Of a stretch of 64,000 nucleotides of DNA, positions 37,247-46,129 are shown piece by piece. Both the position numbers and the translations under genes were made by a program. The stretch lies in the NCBI GenBank assembly GCA_963674785.1, contig OY771555.1, positions 1,224,511 to 1,288,510 of the forward strand, written 5' to 3'. The notes under the pieces are model-generated. The model was not told where the DNA came from. It did not search any database and saw only the letters and a program-made list of their open reading frames with translations. Source of the stretch: Caldisericia bacterium. Lineage in GTDB: Bacteria; Caldisericota; Caldisericia; JAAYUI01. Position 1 is the first letter of the stretch. Each line of letters begins with the position of its first letter.

Positions 37247-38569
37247 ATGAAATTGGTTCTGTCAATTCTTATATCTGTTGCTTTGCTTTCCTCTCCAGCT
37301 TCCGGAGCTTCTAGTAATACTGAATTCTATGAAGGATACACATTGTTTTCTCCAAATTCTTCAAGAATAACGTATTTAATCGATATGGATGGGGATGTGG
37401 TTCACACATGGGAGAGCGAATCAACACCTGGGAACAGTGTTTATCTTCTGGAAGATGGAAATCTGCTTCGAACCGAAAGCTTTCAAACAAAGGAAAGCAG
37501 AGATTTTCCAAAAGGCGGTGCAGGTGGTAGGGTCAAGATTATAGATTGGGATAGCAACACCCTTTGGCAATATGAGCTTTCCGACAAAAATGAGAGGCTT
37601 CATCATGATGTTGAGTACATGCCAAATGGAAATGTTTTGATGATTGTCTGGGAAAGATTTTCTGGTGATGATGTTGTTAAAATGGGAAGAGATCCGAAAA
37701 AAGCTCCTGAAAATATGTTTATCGATAAAATAATTGAAGTAAAACCAGACTTTGAAACCGGAGGAGCAGAGATTGTTTGGCAGTGGAGGTTTGCCGATCA
37801 TCTTATTCAGGATTTTGATAAATCAAAAGATAACTTCGGCACTGTTTCCGAAAACCCGGGAAGAATTGATATCAACCTTATGAATAATAATCCAAAAACT
37901 AATTCTCTCGATTGGACACACATAAACGCCGTTGATTACAATGAAAAACTTGACCAGATTATAATCAGTTCCCCGACAATGAGTGAAATCTATATCATAA
38001 ACCACAATATAACAACAGAAGAAGCAGTAGGGGAAAAGGGTGATTTTATGTTTCGGTGGGGTAACCCTGTCAATTACGATAAGGGCACAATAAAGGACAG
38101 AAAGCTATTTTTTCAACATGATGCACAGTGGATTACAGATGACTGCCCTGGAACTGGAAACATATTGGTGTTTAATAATGGAATCAGGAACATCCGTGAG
38201 TATTCAACAGTTGACGAAATAAAATTAGAGATAACCGATGATGGTTCATATGAAACAACAAACGGTAGATTTCTTCCTGAGAATTCCGTTTGGTCATATT
38301 CTGCTGATGATAAATCTGAGTTTTATTCTGACCATATTTCTGGTGCTCAGAGGTTGCCAAATGGAAATACCCTTATTTGTTCAGGTGCTCAAGGGTGGTT
38401 TTTTGAGGTAACAGAAGAAGGAAAGATTGTTTGGGAGTATGTTAACACCTTTGGAAAATCCCCGCCATCTCAAAAACCTCGACCAAATGATATTGATTTA
38501 AACGCCATCGATTCACCAAAGGAAGTATTTAGATGCACAAGGTATCCGGTCGACTATCCAGGATTATGA
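37247..38569 (+). CDS. Secreted beta-propeller-like protein (possibly arylsulfotransferase-fold), function unknown
   Basis: Signal peptide 'MKLVLSILISVALLSSPASGASS'. ~440 aa, beta-rich. The arylsulfotransferase (ASST) assignment is by size and composition only and is weak. Confidence 0.45.
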   Translation: MKLVLSILISVALLSSPASGASSNTEFYEGYTLFSPNSSRITYLIDMDGDVVHTWESESTPGNSVYLLEDGNLLRTESFQTKESRDFPKGGAGGRVKIIDWDSNTLWQYELSDKNERLHHDVEYMPNGNVLMIVWERFSGDDVVKMGRDPKKAPENMFIDKIIEVKPDFETGGAEIVWQWRFADHLIQDFDKSKDNFGTVSENPGRIDINLMNNNPKTNSLDWTHINAVDYNEKLDQIIISSPTMSEIYIINHNITTEEAVGEKGDFMFRWGNPVNYDKGTIKDRKLFFQHDAQWITDDCPGTGNILVFNNGIRNIREYSTVDEIKLEITDDGSYETTNGRFLPENSVWSYSADDKSEFYSDHISGAQRLPNGNTLICSGAQGWFFEVTEEGKIVWEYVNTFGKSPPSQKPRPNDIDLNAIDSPKEVFRCTRYPVDYPGL

Positions 38570-38570
38570 C

Positions 38571-39740
38571 TTAACTAGCTCTTTTCGAAATTTCTGAAAT
38601 CGCTTCAATGATTTTCTCGATCTCTTCAATCTTTGTGTGATTTCCTGGAGACAATCTCACAGTTCCTTCTGGATATGTTCCAAATGTTTTATGTGCAAGT
38701 TGCGCTTGATGTAGTCCTGCACGGCAGCAGATTCCGTAATCTTTATCAAGTATTTCAGCAACTTTTATTGGGTTCATTCCCTCAATTGTAAATGATACAA
38801 TTGCTGTTGATTTTTCAGGCTCTGAGTGACCATAAACCTTTACTTTATCAATTGTTGATAATCCGACTCTGAGCCTTGACTTTAGTTTGTTTTGGTGGTT
38901 TTGGATTGAAGATAATCCTTGCTCTTTGATTTCGTCTATCGCGGTACTAAGCCCGATAATCCCTGGTGAATTAAATGTTCCTGCGTGAAATTTTTTTATA
39001 TCATCTTCGACATCCATATCTTCGCCAATCGCACCAAGGATCAGAGGTTGAAGTCTTCTGATATCAAAACTCTCATTAACTATTAACCCTCCTATTCCAG
39101 GTGGTCCGTGAAGACTTTTGTGACCGGTGAACGCTAAAAGGTCGATACCCATTTTGAAGGCATCAATCTCGATTTGCCCTGCAGTTTGGGCTGCATCAAT
39201 AAGTATATGAGATCCTGCATCATGGACAATTTTTGAAATCTCTTCTATGTTTTGAATTGTTCCATTCACATTGTTTGCATGGGTTACAATAACAAGTTTT
39301 GTCTTCTTCTGAAGTTTTCTCACCAAATCATCAATATCCAGAATACCGTTTCCACCACATTTAGCATATTCAATTTGTATTGAATCCCCAATTGATAAAA
39401 CAGGTCTTAACACGGAATTGTGTTCAACCCCGCTTATGATGACCCTGTCTCCCTTGTTCAGGAAACCTCTGATAACTGTGTTTAAGGCTGTTGTTGCGTT
39501 TTGCATGAAGATCAACTGCTTTGGAGCCGAGAGACCAAAAAATGAGGCGATGTTTTCTCTTGCAGAAATTACTTTTTGGTAAGCCTGAACAGATAACCTG
39601 TGTCCAATTTTTGAAGGATTTCCCCCATCGTACTTCAGAAAATCTGTCATTGCCTGAAGCACTTTTTCTGATTTTGGCCATGAGGTGGCACCGTAATCAA
39701 GATATATCATCTGTTTCACAAACCTCTTTCTTTGATACAC
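38571..39740 (-). CDS. Class V aminotransferase / cysteine desulfurase family, PLP-dependent
   Basis: 'IVTHANNVNGTIQNIEEI...GSHILIDAAQTAG' and PLP-lysine region 'FTGHKSLHGPPGIGGL'. 389 aa. Confidence 0.75.
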   Translation of the reverse strand: MYQRKRFVKQMIYLDYGATSWPKSEKVLQAMTDFLKYDGGNPSKIGHRLSVQAYQKVISARENIASFFGLSAPKQLIFMQNATTALNTVIRGFLNKGDRVIISGVEHNSVLRPVLSIGDSIQIEYAKCGGNGILDIDDLVRKLQKKTKLVIVTHANNVNGTIQNIEEISKIVHDAGSHILIDAAQTAGQIEIDAFKMGIDLLAFTGHKSLHGPPGIGGLIVNESFDIRRLQPLILGAIGEDMDVEDDIKKFHAGTFNSPGIIGLSTAIDEIKEQGLSSIQNHQNKLKSRLRVGLSTIDKVKVYGHSEPEKSTAIVSFTIEGMNPIKVAEILDKDYGICCRAGLHQAQLAHKTFGTYPEGTVRLSPGNHTKIEEIEKIIEAISEISKRAS

Positions 39741-39923
39741 GTGATTATACGTCGTATTTCCATTTTCTCAATCACATCAAGAAAAATATGAAATAGGTTA
39801 AAATAGTATATCTTATTGGGAACAGTTCTTGATAATGTTCGGTCATTTTTTTGTTCAATTATCCAAAAAAAGTGTTATTTTAAAGCAATAATTCTGAATT
39901 GACAAATCATTTATGTCAAGGTC

Positions 39924-39951
39924 TTGACAAAAAAGATTTTTGTTCTATTAT
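39924..39951 (+). promoter_or_regulatory. Sigma-70-like promoter of the hsp20 gene (-35 TTGACA, 16-nt spacer, -10 TATTAT)
   Basis: TTGACA at 39924-39929 and TATTAT at 39946-39951, ~30 nt upstream of a GGAGG Shine-Dalgarno and the ATG at 39983. Two further TTGACA copies at 39899 and 39956, and a TTGACA-N9-TGTCAA inverted repeat at 39899-39919. Confidence 0.5.
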
Positions 39952-39982
39952 GGTATTGACAAAAAAGTAATAGGAGGTGTCT

Positions 39983-40408
39983 ATGGCAATAGAAAGATAT
40001 GATAGATTTGCGGATCCAAGAGAGTTTGCATCTGAAATTAGAAAAAGTATTTTCAATGGTTTATTCCACTCGGGAGACGATTACTGGAGACCATTTTTTG
40101 ATGTTACAGAAACTGAAGATGAATACCGAATGAAGATTTCAATTCCAGGTGTAAACAAGGACGATGTTGAGATTGAGATCAGAGATGATGTTGTTACGAT
40201 CTCTGGGGAAAGAAAAGAGACAAAAAAGGAAGATAAAGAAGAGTATCACATCAGGGAGATTGTCTCAGGAAGATTCTCAAGGTCTTTGAAGCTTCCAGCA
40301 CCAATCGATCCAGATGGTGTAGTTGCAAAATTCAAAGATGGTTTGCTCTGCGTAACTCTTCCAAAGAGTGAAAGAACAAAACCGAGAAAAATTGAGATTG
40401 AGGAATAA
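39983..40408 (+). CDS. Small heat-shock protein, Hsp20/alpha-crystallin family
   Basis: Alpha-crystallin domain 'FDVTETEDEYRMKISIPGVNKDDVEIEIRDDVVTISGERKE' and C-terminal 'GLLCVTLPK'. GGAGG Shine-Dalgarno 5 nt upstream of the ATG at 39983. Confidence 0.85.
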   Translation: MAIERYDRFADPREFASEIRKSIFNGLFHSGDDYWRPFFDVTETEDEYRMKISIPGVNKDDVEIEIRDDVVTISGERKETKKEDKEEYHIREIVSGRFSRSLKLPAPIDPDGVVAKFKDGLLCVTLPKSERTKPRKIEIEE

Positions 40409-40464
40409 TCTGTTGTTTGAACTGACCCCATAATTATGGGGTCAGTTCTAGAAAAGAGGATATT

Positions 40465-41232
40465 TTGGCCAAATTTATAATTCTTAAACCATTACATCTC
40501 TATCCGATTGAGATTCTTGACCTCTCACATCGAGTGAATACCAGACTTAAAGAAAAAGGTGTAGCGACACTTTCCGATCTTGCGAAGTACGATGATGATG
40601 AACTTCTTGGTATTTATCATTTTGGTCAAAAATCACTTGCTCAAATAAAAAAACGTTTGCAGATGTTGAATGAATGTGCATCAGCTCATGGAAAACCATC
40701 CCAAGAAATAATTGAATGTATGAGGCTCAGGCTTGATAAAGATGACAAACTAATTGAGGAGATCGTTAATTCTGTTATTGGTTCAGCACGTGAGCAAACG
40801 ATAAGCTACTATATTTCTCAGATTCCGCTTAGACCCGCTTATGTCTTGATTGAAAGATTTGGAATGAAGCATGAGAAAAGAAGGACTCTTCAAGAGATTG
40901 CAAACATCATGGATTTGACTCGAGAGAGAGTAAGACAGCTTCAAGTCAGAGGAATTAAGTGGATGTTGAAATATACTGACTCTGATAACACTCTTGAAAA
41001 CTGGGAGGAAACTCTTACAGCATGTGCAAATGAGCCACCTATCAATGAGGCGTTATTTTTACAGCGTGTCGAAGACTCAGGTATAAGCGGTGAATCGAGT
41101 CCTGTTGGATTTGTTATTCTTGCAACAAATATGATTTTGAGAACTCCAATTCCCACGTTGCTTAAAGCATCAAGAATGCTAAAATTACATAGGTTTTGGA
41201 AAAAAAATAAAGTAAAAAAGCAGATTGCATAA
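40465..41232 (+). CDS. Chimeric putative transcription factor: RNAP alpha-CTD-like HhH domain plus sigma-70 region-4 HTH plus ~90-aa C-terminal extension
   Basis: 'LDLSHRVNTRLKEKGVATLSDLAKYDDDELLGIYHFGQKSLAQIKKRL' resembles the alpha-CTD pattern (LS.R..N.L...I.T..DL......EL..I.NFG.KSL.EI...L). 'TLQEIANIMDLTRERVRQLQVRGIKWML' resembles sigma-70 region 4.2. Confidence 0.55.
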   Translation: MAKFIILKPLHLYPIEILDLSHRVNTRLKEKGVATLSDLAKYDDDELLGIYHFGQKSLAQIKKRLQMLNECASAHGKPSQEIIECMRLRLDKDDKLIEEIVNSVIGSAREQTISYYISQIPLRPAYVLIERFGMKHEKRRTLQEIANIMDLTRERVRQLQVRGIKWMLKYTDSDNTLENWEETLTACANEPPINEALFLQRVEDSGISGESSPVGFVILATNMILRTPIPTLLKASRMLKLHRFWKKNKVKKQIA

Positions 41233-41253
41233 AATCAAAATAGGAGATGCCAT

Positions 41254-41739
41254 ATGTCAAAAGACAACAAAGAGAACGTCGAAAAGTGTAATAAGTATTT
41301 TGGTCCAAACCTTTTTAATGCAACATGGGATTTGATTGATAAAGGTGATAAGAGAACCGAAGAAGATGAGTTAATGATGATTCATACTGCCCATGCCTCA
41401 GCTTATCACTGGAGACAGGTTGGAAAACCCATCAATTTCGCAAGGAGTGAATGGCAGCTTTCAAGAGTATACTCTATTCTAAAAAGAGCCCAGCAAGCAA
41501 TGTATCATGCCCAAAACTGTCTCAATATCTGTAAAGAGTGCAAGAAAAATAACGATGAGATTGCTGATTGGGATATTCCATTTGCATTTGAAGCCTTGGC
41601 AAGGGCAAGCCTTGTATCCGGAGCAAATGAAACTGCTGAAAAATTCCTCAAACTAGCAAAAACAGAGGGCGAAAAAATCTCTGGAGATGGCGATAAGAAA
41701 TACTTTTTTTCAGAGATTGAGACAATAAAAATAGATTAG
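41254..41739 (+). CDS. Hypothetical protein (161 aa)
   Basis: ORF with 'ggagatgccatATG' Shine-Dalgarno. No recognisable motif. Confidence 0.4.
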   Translation: MSKDNKENVEKCNKYFGPNLFNATWDLIDKGDKRTEEDELMMIHTAHASAYHWRQVGKPINFARSEWQLSRVYSILKRAQQAMYHAQNCLNICKECKKNNDEIADWDIPFAFEALARASLVSGANETAEKFLKLAKTEGEKISGDGDKKYFFSEIETIKID

Positions 41740-42323
41740 TTAATCACATAATCTTTCGCGATTTTGTAAGAGTCATCGAACACGTCTGACACATGCGGCT
41801 TGAGTTCGATGACTTTATTTTTTAGTTTTTCAAATTCGATTGAATTGGTTTCGGAAGTGTATTTAAAACCATCTATTTCATTTGCCAAATAAACTATAGT
41901 TGAAATACATTCTAGTTCTTTTCCGGATGCTCTTGCTAATTCATTTGCATTTTTATCAAGTACAGTGTTTTCAAGACCAAAAAGTTCTTCTGAGCTAGGA
42001 AAATCCCTTTCAGTCTCTAAATCTATATTCACAGTGTATTTCCAAGGAGAGTATTCTCCTATTGGTTCCTCTTCAGATAAGTAGGAGGTCTCATCAGACA
42101 AATAGGTAACATTTTTTGCAAGGGTTTTTGAAAAAACCCCATAGTTATAAAAATCAAAATCAAAATTGAATCCAGGTTTTGATTCTGGATTGTGTTTAAT
42201 AGATAGTTGTTTTATTAAGTATACCATTTTTTGAAGGTGGATTCTTCCATATATTGTACCACTGTTTATTGTGTGAAGCATTTTAAGAATCCTTACCAGA
42301 TCATTTATTGGCATTATCGCCAT
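41736..42323 (-). CDS. Small helical protein with a possible Panacea/DUF4065 (SocA-like antitoxin) signature, coupled to the HD dNTPase gene
   Basis: 'GRIHLQKMVYLIKQL...FDFYNYGVFSKTL' loosely matches the Panacea signature 'kLqKLlYl...(F/W)xyGPv'. Start overlaps the stop of the upstream gene by 23 nt. Confidence 0.4.
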   Translation of the reverse strand: MAIMPINDLVRILKMLHTINSGTIYGRIHLQKMVYLIKQLSIKHNPESKPGFNFDFDFYNYGVFSKTLAKNVTYLSDETSYLSEEEPIGEYSPWKYTVNIDLETERDFPSSEELFGLENTVLDKNANELARASGKELECISTIVYLANEIDGFKYTSETNSIEFEKLKNKVIELKPHVSDVFDDSYKIAKDYVIN

Positions 42324-43785
42324 TACTGTCCTCCGTTGAAGTCATTTCTTCTATTTTATCTCTATCTTCTTTTGAGACATAGTACTTTGTCTCAGGTTTT
42401 ACTCCAGTAAGTTTTCTTGCTATCTCCGAAAACTCTGAAATATCTTGAATTTCATCTGATTTATCAAAATTGGGGTCAAACACCAAGATCAGCTCTTTTA
42501 CTTTTTTCATCAATTCAAATTTTTTTTCGTCTTCTTTTAGAGCGCACCCGTACTTAATCAATGTCTTTACTTCATTGTATGATTCCTTATTGAATTTATA
42601 AAGATCTTTCTCTTCGGGGGTGTCTGTAAGAGGTTTGAAACGCGAGAATACTTTTTTAATTTGATTCTCATTGAGATTTTCAAAGGATATCTGTTTTAGT
42701 AGATCTCGGCTCAAGAATTGATCTGCTTCATCAATCAAGTCTGCAGAACCTTCAATTTTAGAAATAACACTCGAATCGCTTTGATTTAGAAACCAATTTA
42801 GGTCAAAATCCTCATCCTCTTTTTTGATTAACTCAGAATATTTATTCGAATTGTTAGTAGGTTTAAATTCAGGAATTTTCTTTATTATTGATTCATAAAG
42901 AACTTCTACGCTCCTTGTTGTTTTGTGGTATGCTATGTTTTTGTAGTGAAAAACTCTTGATAAAAGGAACTGTTCAATTGTCGGTATGCACTTCTTTTCA
43001 TATACTATTCTAAGCCGTTCTTCTGGTTTGAGCCCGAATATGCTTAACATAGGTACTGATTTAACCAGCATAGACCTAAACATAAAGTCAATATCCACAT
43101 ATACAGGTGTTCCACAAAAGTATGTATCTCTGAGGAGATAATCTAGTCTATCGCAATCTAGTTGAGATTTTATTAATGATGATATTATGTATAATTTTGA
43201 TACTTTGCCATTTTTCTTTGGTTCCTTTGATAGAATCTTGCTATCAAATGGAGTTACTCCTGTGATTAACTCGGAAATGTCATCTTTGATTGTGATGGGG
43301 TATTCTTTGGATTTAACTCCATCGTCTAAGATTTTTGAAATAGCAGTTTTTTCATTGATCACCTTTGTGGAAGTGTCTTCATGATCAAATCCAGGGCAGA
43401 TTTTGCTAAATGTATGGGAAAAGGGTCCATGACCAATATCATGAAGAAGGCCTGCACATGACATGATATCAATGATTTGTTCCTCATCTTTGTACTGTTT
43501 GTTTTTATCTTGCTCTTTGCTAATAAAGTCGCTTAATTTAATTTGACCTTTCTCGAACAGCTTTCTGACAGCTTTTGAGACTAACCATGCTACCCCTATG
43601 CTGTGAGAAAATCTAGTATGTGTTGCCCCTGGATATGTAAAATCCGAAAATCCTAATTGTTTAATTCTTCTTAATCTCTGGAATTCCTTTGTATCAATTA
43701 GCTTCTTTACAAGACTATCTTTGGGGAAAGTGATCATTCCATGAATTGGGTCTCTAATAGTTAAATCTGAATTATTCTTGCTCAC
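42301..43785 (-). CDS. SAMHD1-like HD-domain dNTP triphosphohydrolase
   Basis: 'IRDPIHGMITFPKDSLVKKLIDTKEFQRLRRIKQLGFSDFTYPGATHTRFSHSIGVAWLV' and 'GLLHDIGHGPFSHTF' closely parallel the SAMHD1/dGTPase HD signature (H..HD..H.....D metal/nucleotide site). Confidence 0.85.
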   Translation of the reverse strand: MSKNNSDLTIRDPIHGMITFPKDSLVKKLIDTKEFQRLRRIKQLGFSDFTYPGATHTRFSHSIGVAWLVSKAVRKLFEKGQIKLSDFISKEQDKNKQYKDEEQIIDIMSCAGLLHDIGHGPFSHTFSKICPGFDHEDTSTKVINEKTAISKILDDGVKSKEYPITIKDDISELITGVTPFDSKILSKEPKKNGKVSKLYIISSLIKSQLDCDRLDYLLRDTYFCGTPVYVDIDFMFRSMLVKSVPMLSIFGLKPEERLRIVYEKKCIPTIEQFLLSRVFHYKNIAYHKTTRSVEVLYESIIKKIPEFKPTNNSNKYSELIKKEDEDFDLNWFLNQSDSSVISKIEGSADLIDEADQFLSRDLLKQISFENLNENQIKKVFSRFKPLTDTPEEKDLYKFNKESYNEVKTLIKYGCALKEDEKKFELMKKVKELILVFDPNFDKSDEIQDISEFSEIARKLTGVKPETKYYVSKEDRDKIEEMTSTEDSNGDNANK

Positions 43786-43867
43786 GATATTATTATAAAT
43801 TCTACAAAAAATTAGTCAATCATTAGAAACTTGAAATCCTACACCAAGTGTAGTAGTCTCTTTTTCT

Positions 43868-45529
43868 GTGAAGACCGGAATTAATTTAAAAAAAGACGAA
43901 GTTTCGTATTTAGTAGACATCGTCCTCGCTATAATCTTTGGTCTTGCAGCAGCTATCGCTGTCCGTATATTTGATTGGGTTGTTGATTTTTCAGAACTAT
44001 TTAACCCCGAAAAGTTGAACTGGTTTTTTGTGATACTGATTCCAACCGCTGGTGGATTTGTTGTTGGACTTGTTGCTTTTATTTCAAAAATGAGGGCAAG
44101 CGGGGGAGTTGTCGATGTTATTGCTCATATATTCACAAGAAAACATATCATTTCAAAACCAAAAGCATTACTTAAACCTGTTTTGTCTGCAGTCTCAATA
44201 ATATCTGGAAATCCTGTTGGCTCTGAGGCTCCGGTTGTTATGTTGGGTGCTCAGATAGCATCTTTTTCAAGTAACGTCTTTAAGCTTCCAAGAGCGAGGA
44301 AACGAATGCTTATCGCCTGTGGATCAGCAGCAGGTATCGCATCAGCATTCCTCTCCCCTCTTGCGGCAATTGCTTTTGCTCTTGAGATAATCCTTATGGA
44401 ATTTACGATGTATGAGTTTGGAATGTTGGCATTGTCAACTGGCTCTGCATACATCGGTGCAAACTTACTCAAATCTCACCCGATAATAGATGTTCCACCT
44501 ATGGAAGTTTTGCAGTGGACAAACCTGTGGCTCTTTATTCTTCTTGGAATAATATGCGCCATTGTTGCCGTTTTCTGGACAAAAATCCTTCACTTTTTAG
44601 AACATTTCGCAGACAAATATCCAAAGTCAATTTTCTGGGGACCAATAATTGCTGGTTTTTCAGCAGGATTGATCGCGATATTCGTTCCACAAATCTGGGG
44701 ACCTGGTTATCACCAGATGTCTGCTATGTTTGTAACAAAAATGCCATTTTATGCTGCTCTTGGAATTGTATTTGCAAAACTCATTGGAACGTCGATGGTT
44801 CTTGGTCTTGGTGGTGCCGGAGGTGACCTTGCACCCGGAATGTTTATTGGTGCTGGTATCGGAGTTGCAGTTGGTGCTCTTTACCCACCAGCTTTACCGA
44901 TGCTTGTGCTTGCTGGAATATGTGCTCAGCTTGCATCAACAATGCATGCACCACTTTCTGGAATTCTTTTATCCATCGAGTTATCAAGGCAGGTAACCGA
45001 GGTTCTACCAGTGATGGTTGCAGTATCTATTGCATCTCTTCTTGCGCTTCGAATAATGCCTAGGTCAATCTATGCACAGAAGGCTCACAAGAGCGGAATT
45101 ATTCAGGATAAAACTCAGTTCCAGGATCCGATGAACACATCTGTTGGTGAGATTATGACGACACACTTGATCACAATTCCATCTATGGAGCGTGTTGCAA
45201 AAGCGATTAAAACCATGCACAAGCACAATCTTTCCGCTTTACCTGTTATGGAGGGAAATCTTCTTCGTGGAATCCTTACACTTCAAGACCTAAGAAGAAG
45301 GGTCGCCCCGGGAGAGCTTGATAAACGTGTTGACCTTGTAACAACTAAGAATCCTATTGTCTGCACCCCAGATATAACAATTAAGGCCGCGTGGTGTCTT
45401 CTTAAAGAAAACCAGATTGGAAGATTGCTTGTTGTCTCCCAAAACGACTCAAAAAAACTTCTTGGTATTGTCACAAAAAAAGACCTTCTTGAGGCTGCGA
45501 CAAGAAGGTACTCAAAGCTGAATATTTGA
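43868..45529 (+). CDS. ClC-type chloride channel / H+-Cl- antiporter with a C-terminal CBS pair
   Basis: ClC selectivity-region motifs 'GSEAPVVMLGA' and 'GLGGAGGDLAPGMFIGAGIG' (GxFxP). C-terminal tandem CBS domains. GTG start, start site uncertain. Confidence 0.8.
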   Translation: MKTGINLKKDEVSYLVDIVLAIIFGLAAAIAVRIFDWVVDFSELFNPEKLNWFFVILIPTAGGFVVGLVAFISKMRASGGVVDVIAHIFTRKHIISKPKALLKPVLSAVSIISGNPVGSEAPVVMLGAQIASFSSNVFKLPRARKRMLIACGSAAGIASAFLSPLAAIAFALEIILMEFTMYEFGMLALSTGSAYIGANLLKSHPIIDVPPMEVLQWTNLWLFILLGIICAIVAVFWTKILHFLEHFADKYPKSIFWGPIIAGFSAGLIAIFVPQIWGPGYHQMSAMFVTKMPFYAALGIVFAKLIGTSMVLGLGGAGGDLAPGMFIGAGIGVAVGALYPPALPMLVLAGICAQLASTMHAPLSGILLSIELSRQVTEVLPVMVAVSIASLLALRIMPRSIYAQKAHKSGIIQDKTQFQDPMNTSVGEIMTTHLITIPSMERVAKAIKTMHKHNLSALPVMEGNLLRGILTLQDLRRRVAPGELDKRVDLVTTKNPIVCTPDITIKAAWCLLKENQIGRLLVVSQNDSKKLLGIVTKKDLLEAATRRYSKLNI

Positions 45530-45532
45530 TCG

Positions 45533-46129
45533 CTATTCTTTCAAGTAGTTGGAAAGATCAAAAGACTCAAAAACCTCAATTGCTTCATTGTATCTCTCTG
45601 CATACCTATCAGGATCAATCATATATATGTCTGTGAAAACAGATGTAATATACTCAAAGAAGTTTGGTATTGGTCTTATAGTTTCATCGGAGAACATTCT
45701 TTTGATAATTTCTCCGGGAGGTGTTTCCATGGCTTTGACAATATCTTTATATAAAAATGTTATTAGTAAATATTCATTTTCATCAGAATTTGGAGAAATT
45801 CGTTTGGCATTTTCTTGTTTAATGGCAAGATTTTCTTCAATATCCATCAAATGTTCATAGATAATGTTAAAGAGAATGTCTCTTTGTCCCACAGAAATAG
45901 ATTCGATAGTGCTTTCAGCGATTCTACACTCCTTTTCATTCAAGTCGTAGAATTTCTTATAGCTATCAAAATAATCAGTTCTGAATTCTTTTTTCGATGA
46001 GGAAGAATGATTATATCTGATGCCAACATGATAATTGTGGATATTTACAATTCCATTACCAATAAAACTCAAAGCAACAAAAACAATCACAAGAGTTATT
46101 AGTCCATTGAAGTTTTTATTCCACTTCAT
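45533..46129 (-). CDS. Membrane-anchored hypothetical protein (paralog of the next gene)
   Basis: Start taken at 'MKWNKNFNGLITLVIVFVALSF' (14-nt overlap with the upstream stop, rather than the 46198 start of the ORF track). Same N-terminal TM plus helical architecture as 46116-46730. Confidence 0.45.
   Translation of the reverse strand: MKWNKNFNGLITLVIVFVALSFIGNGIVNIHNYHVGIRYNHSSSSKKEFRTDYFDSYKKFYDLNEKECRIAESTIESISVGQRDILFNIIYEHLMDIEENLAIKQENAKRISPNSDENEYLLITFLYKDIVKAMETPPGEIIKRMFSDETIRPIPNFFEYITSVFTDIYMIDPDRYAERYNEAIEVFESFDLSNYLKE

Noticed and set aside
39899-39919. TTGACA-N9-TGTCAA inverted repeat upstream of hsp20 as a CIRCE/HAIR heat-shock operator
   Set aside because: The sequence does not match the CIRCE (TTAGCACTC-N9-GAGTGCTAA) or HAIR consensus. 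It may simply reflect overlapping -35-like boxes, so it is kept only as a note under the promoter feature.
43800-43860. Short inverted repeat 'CTACACcaaGTGTAG' upstream of the ClC gene as a riboswitch or operator
   Set aside because: A 6-bp stem with a 3-nt loop is too small to call, and no riboswitch-like conserved core is evident.
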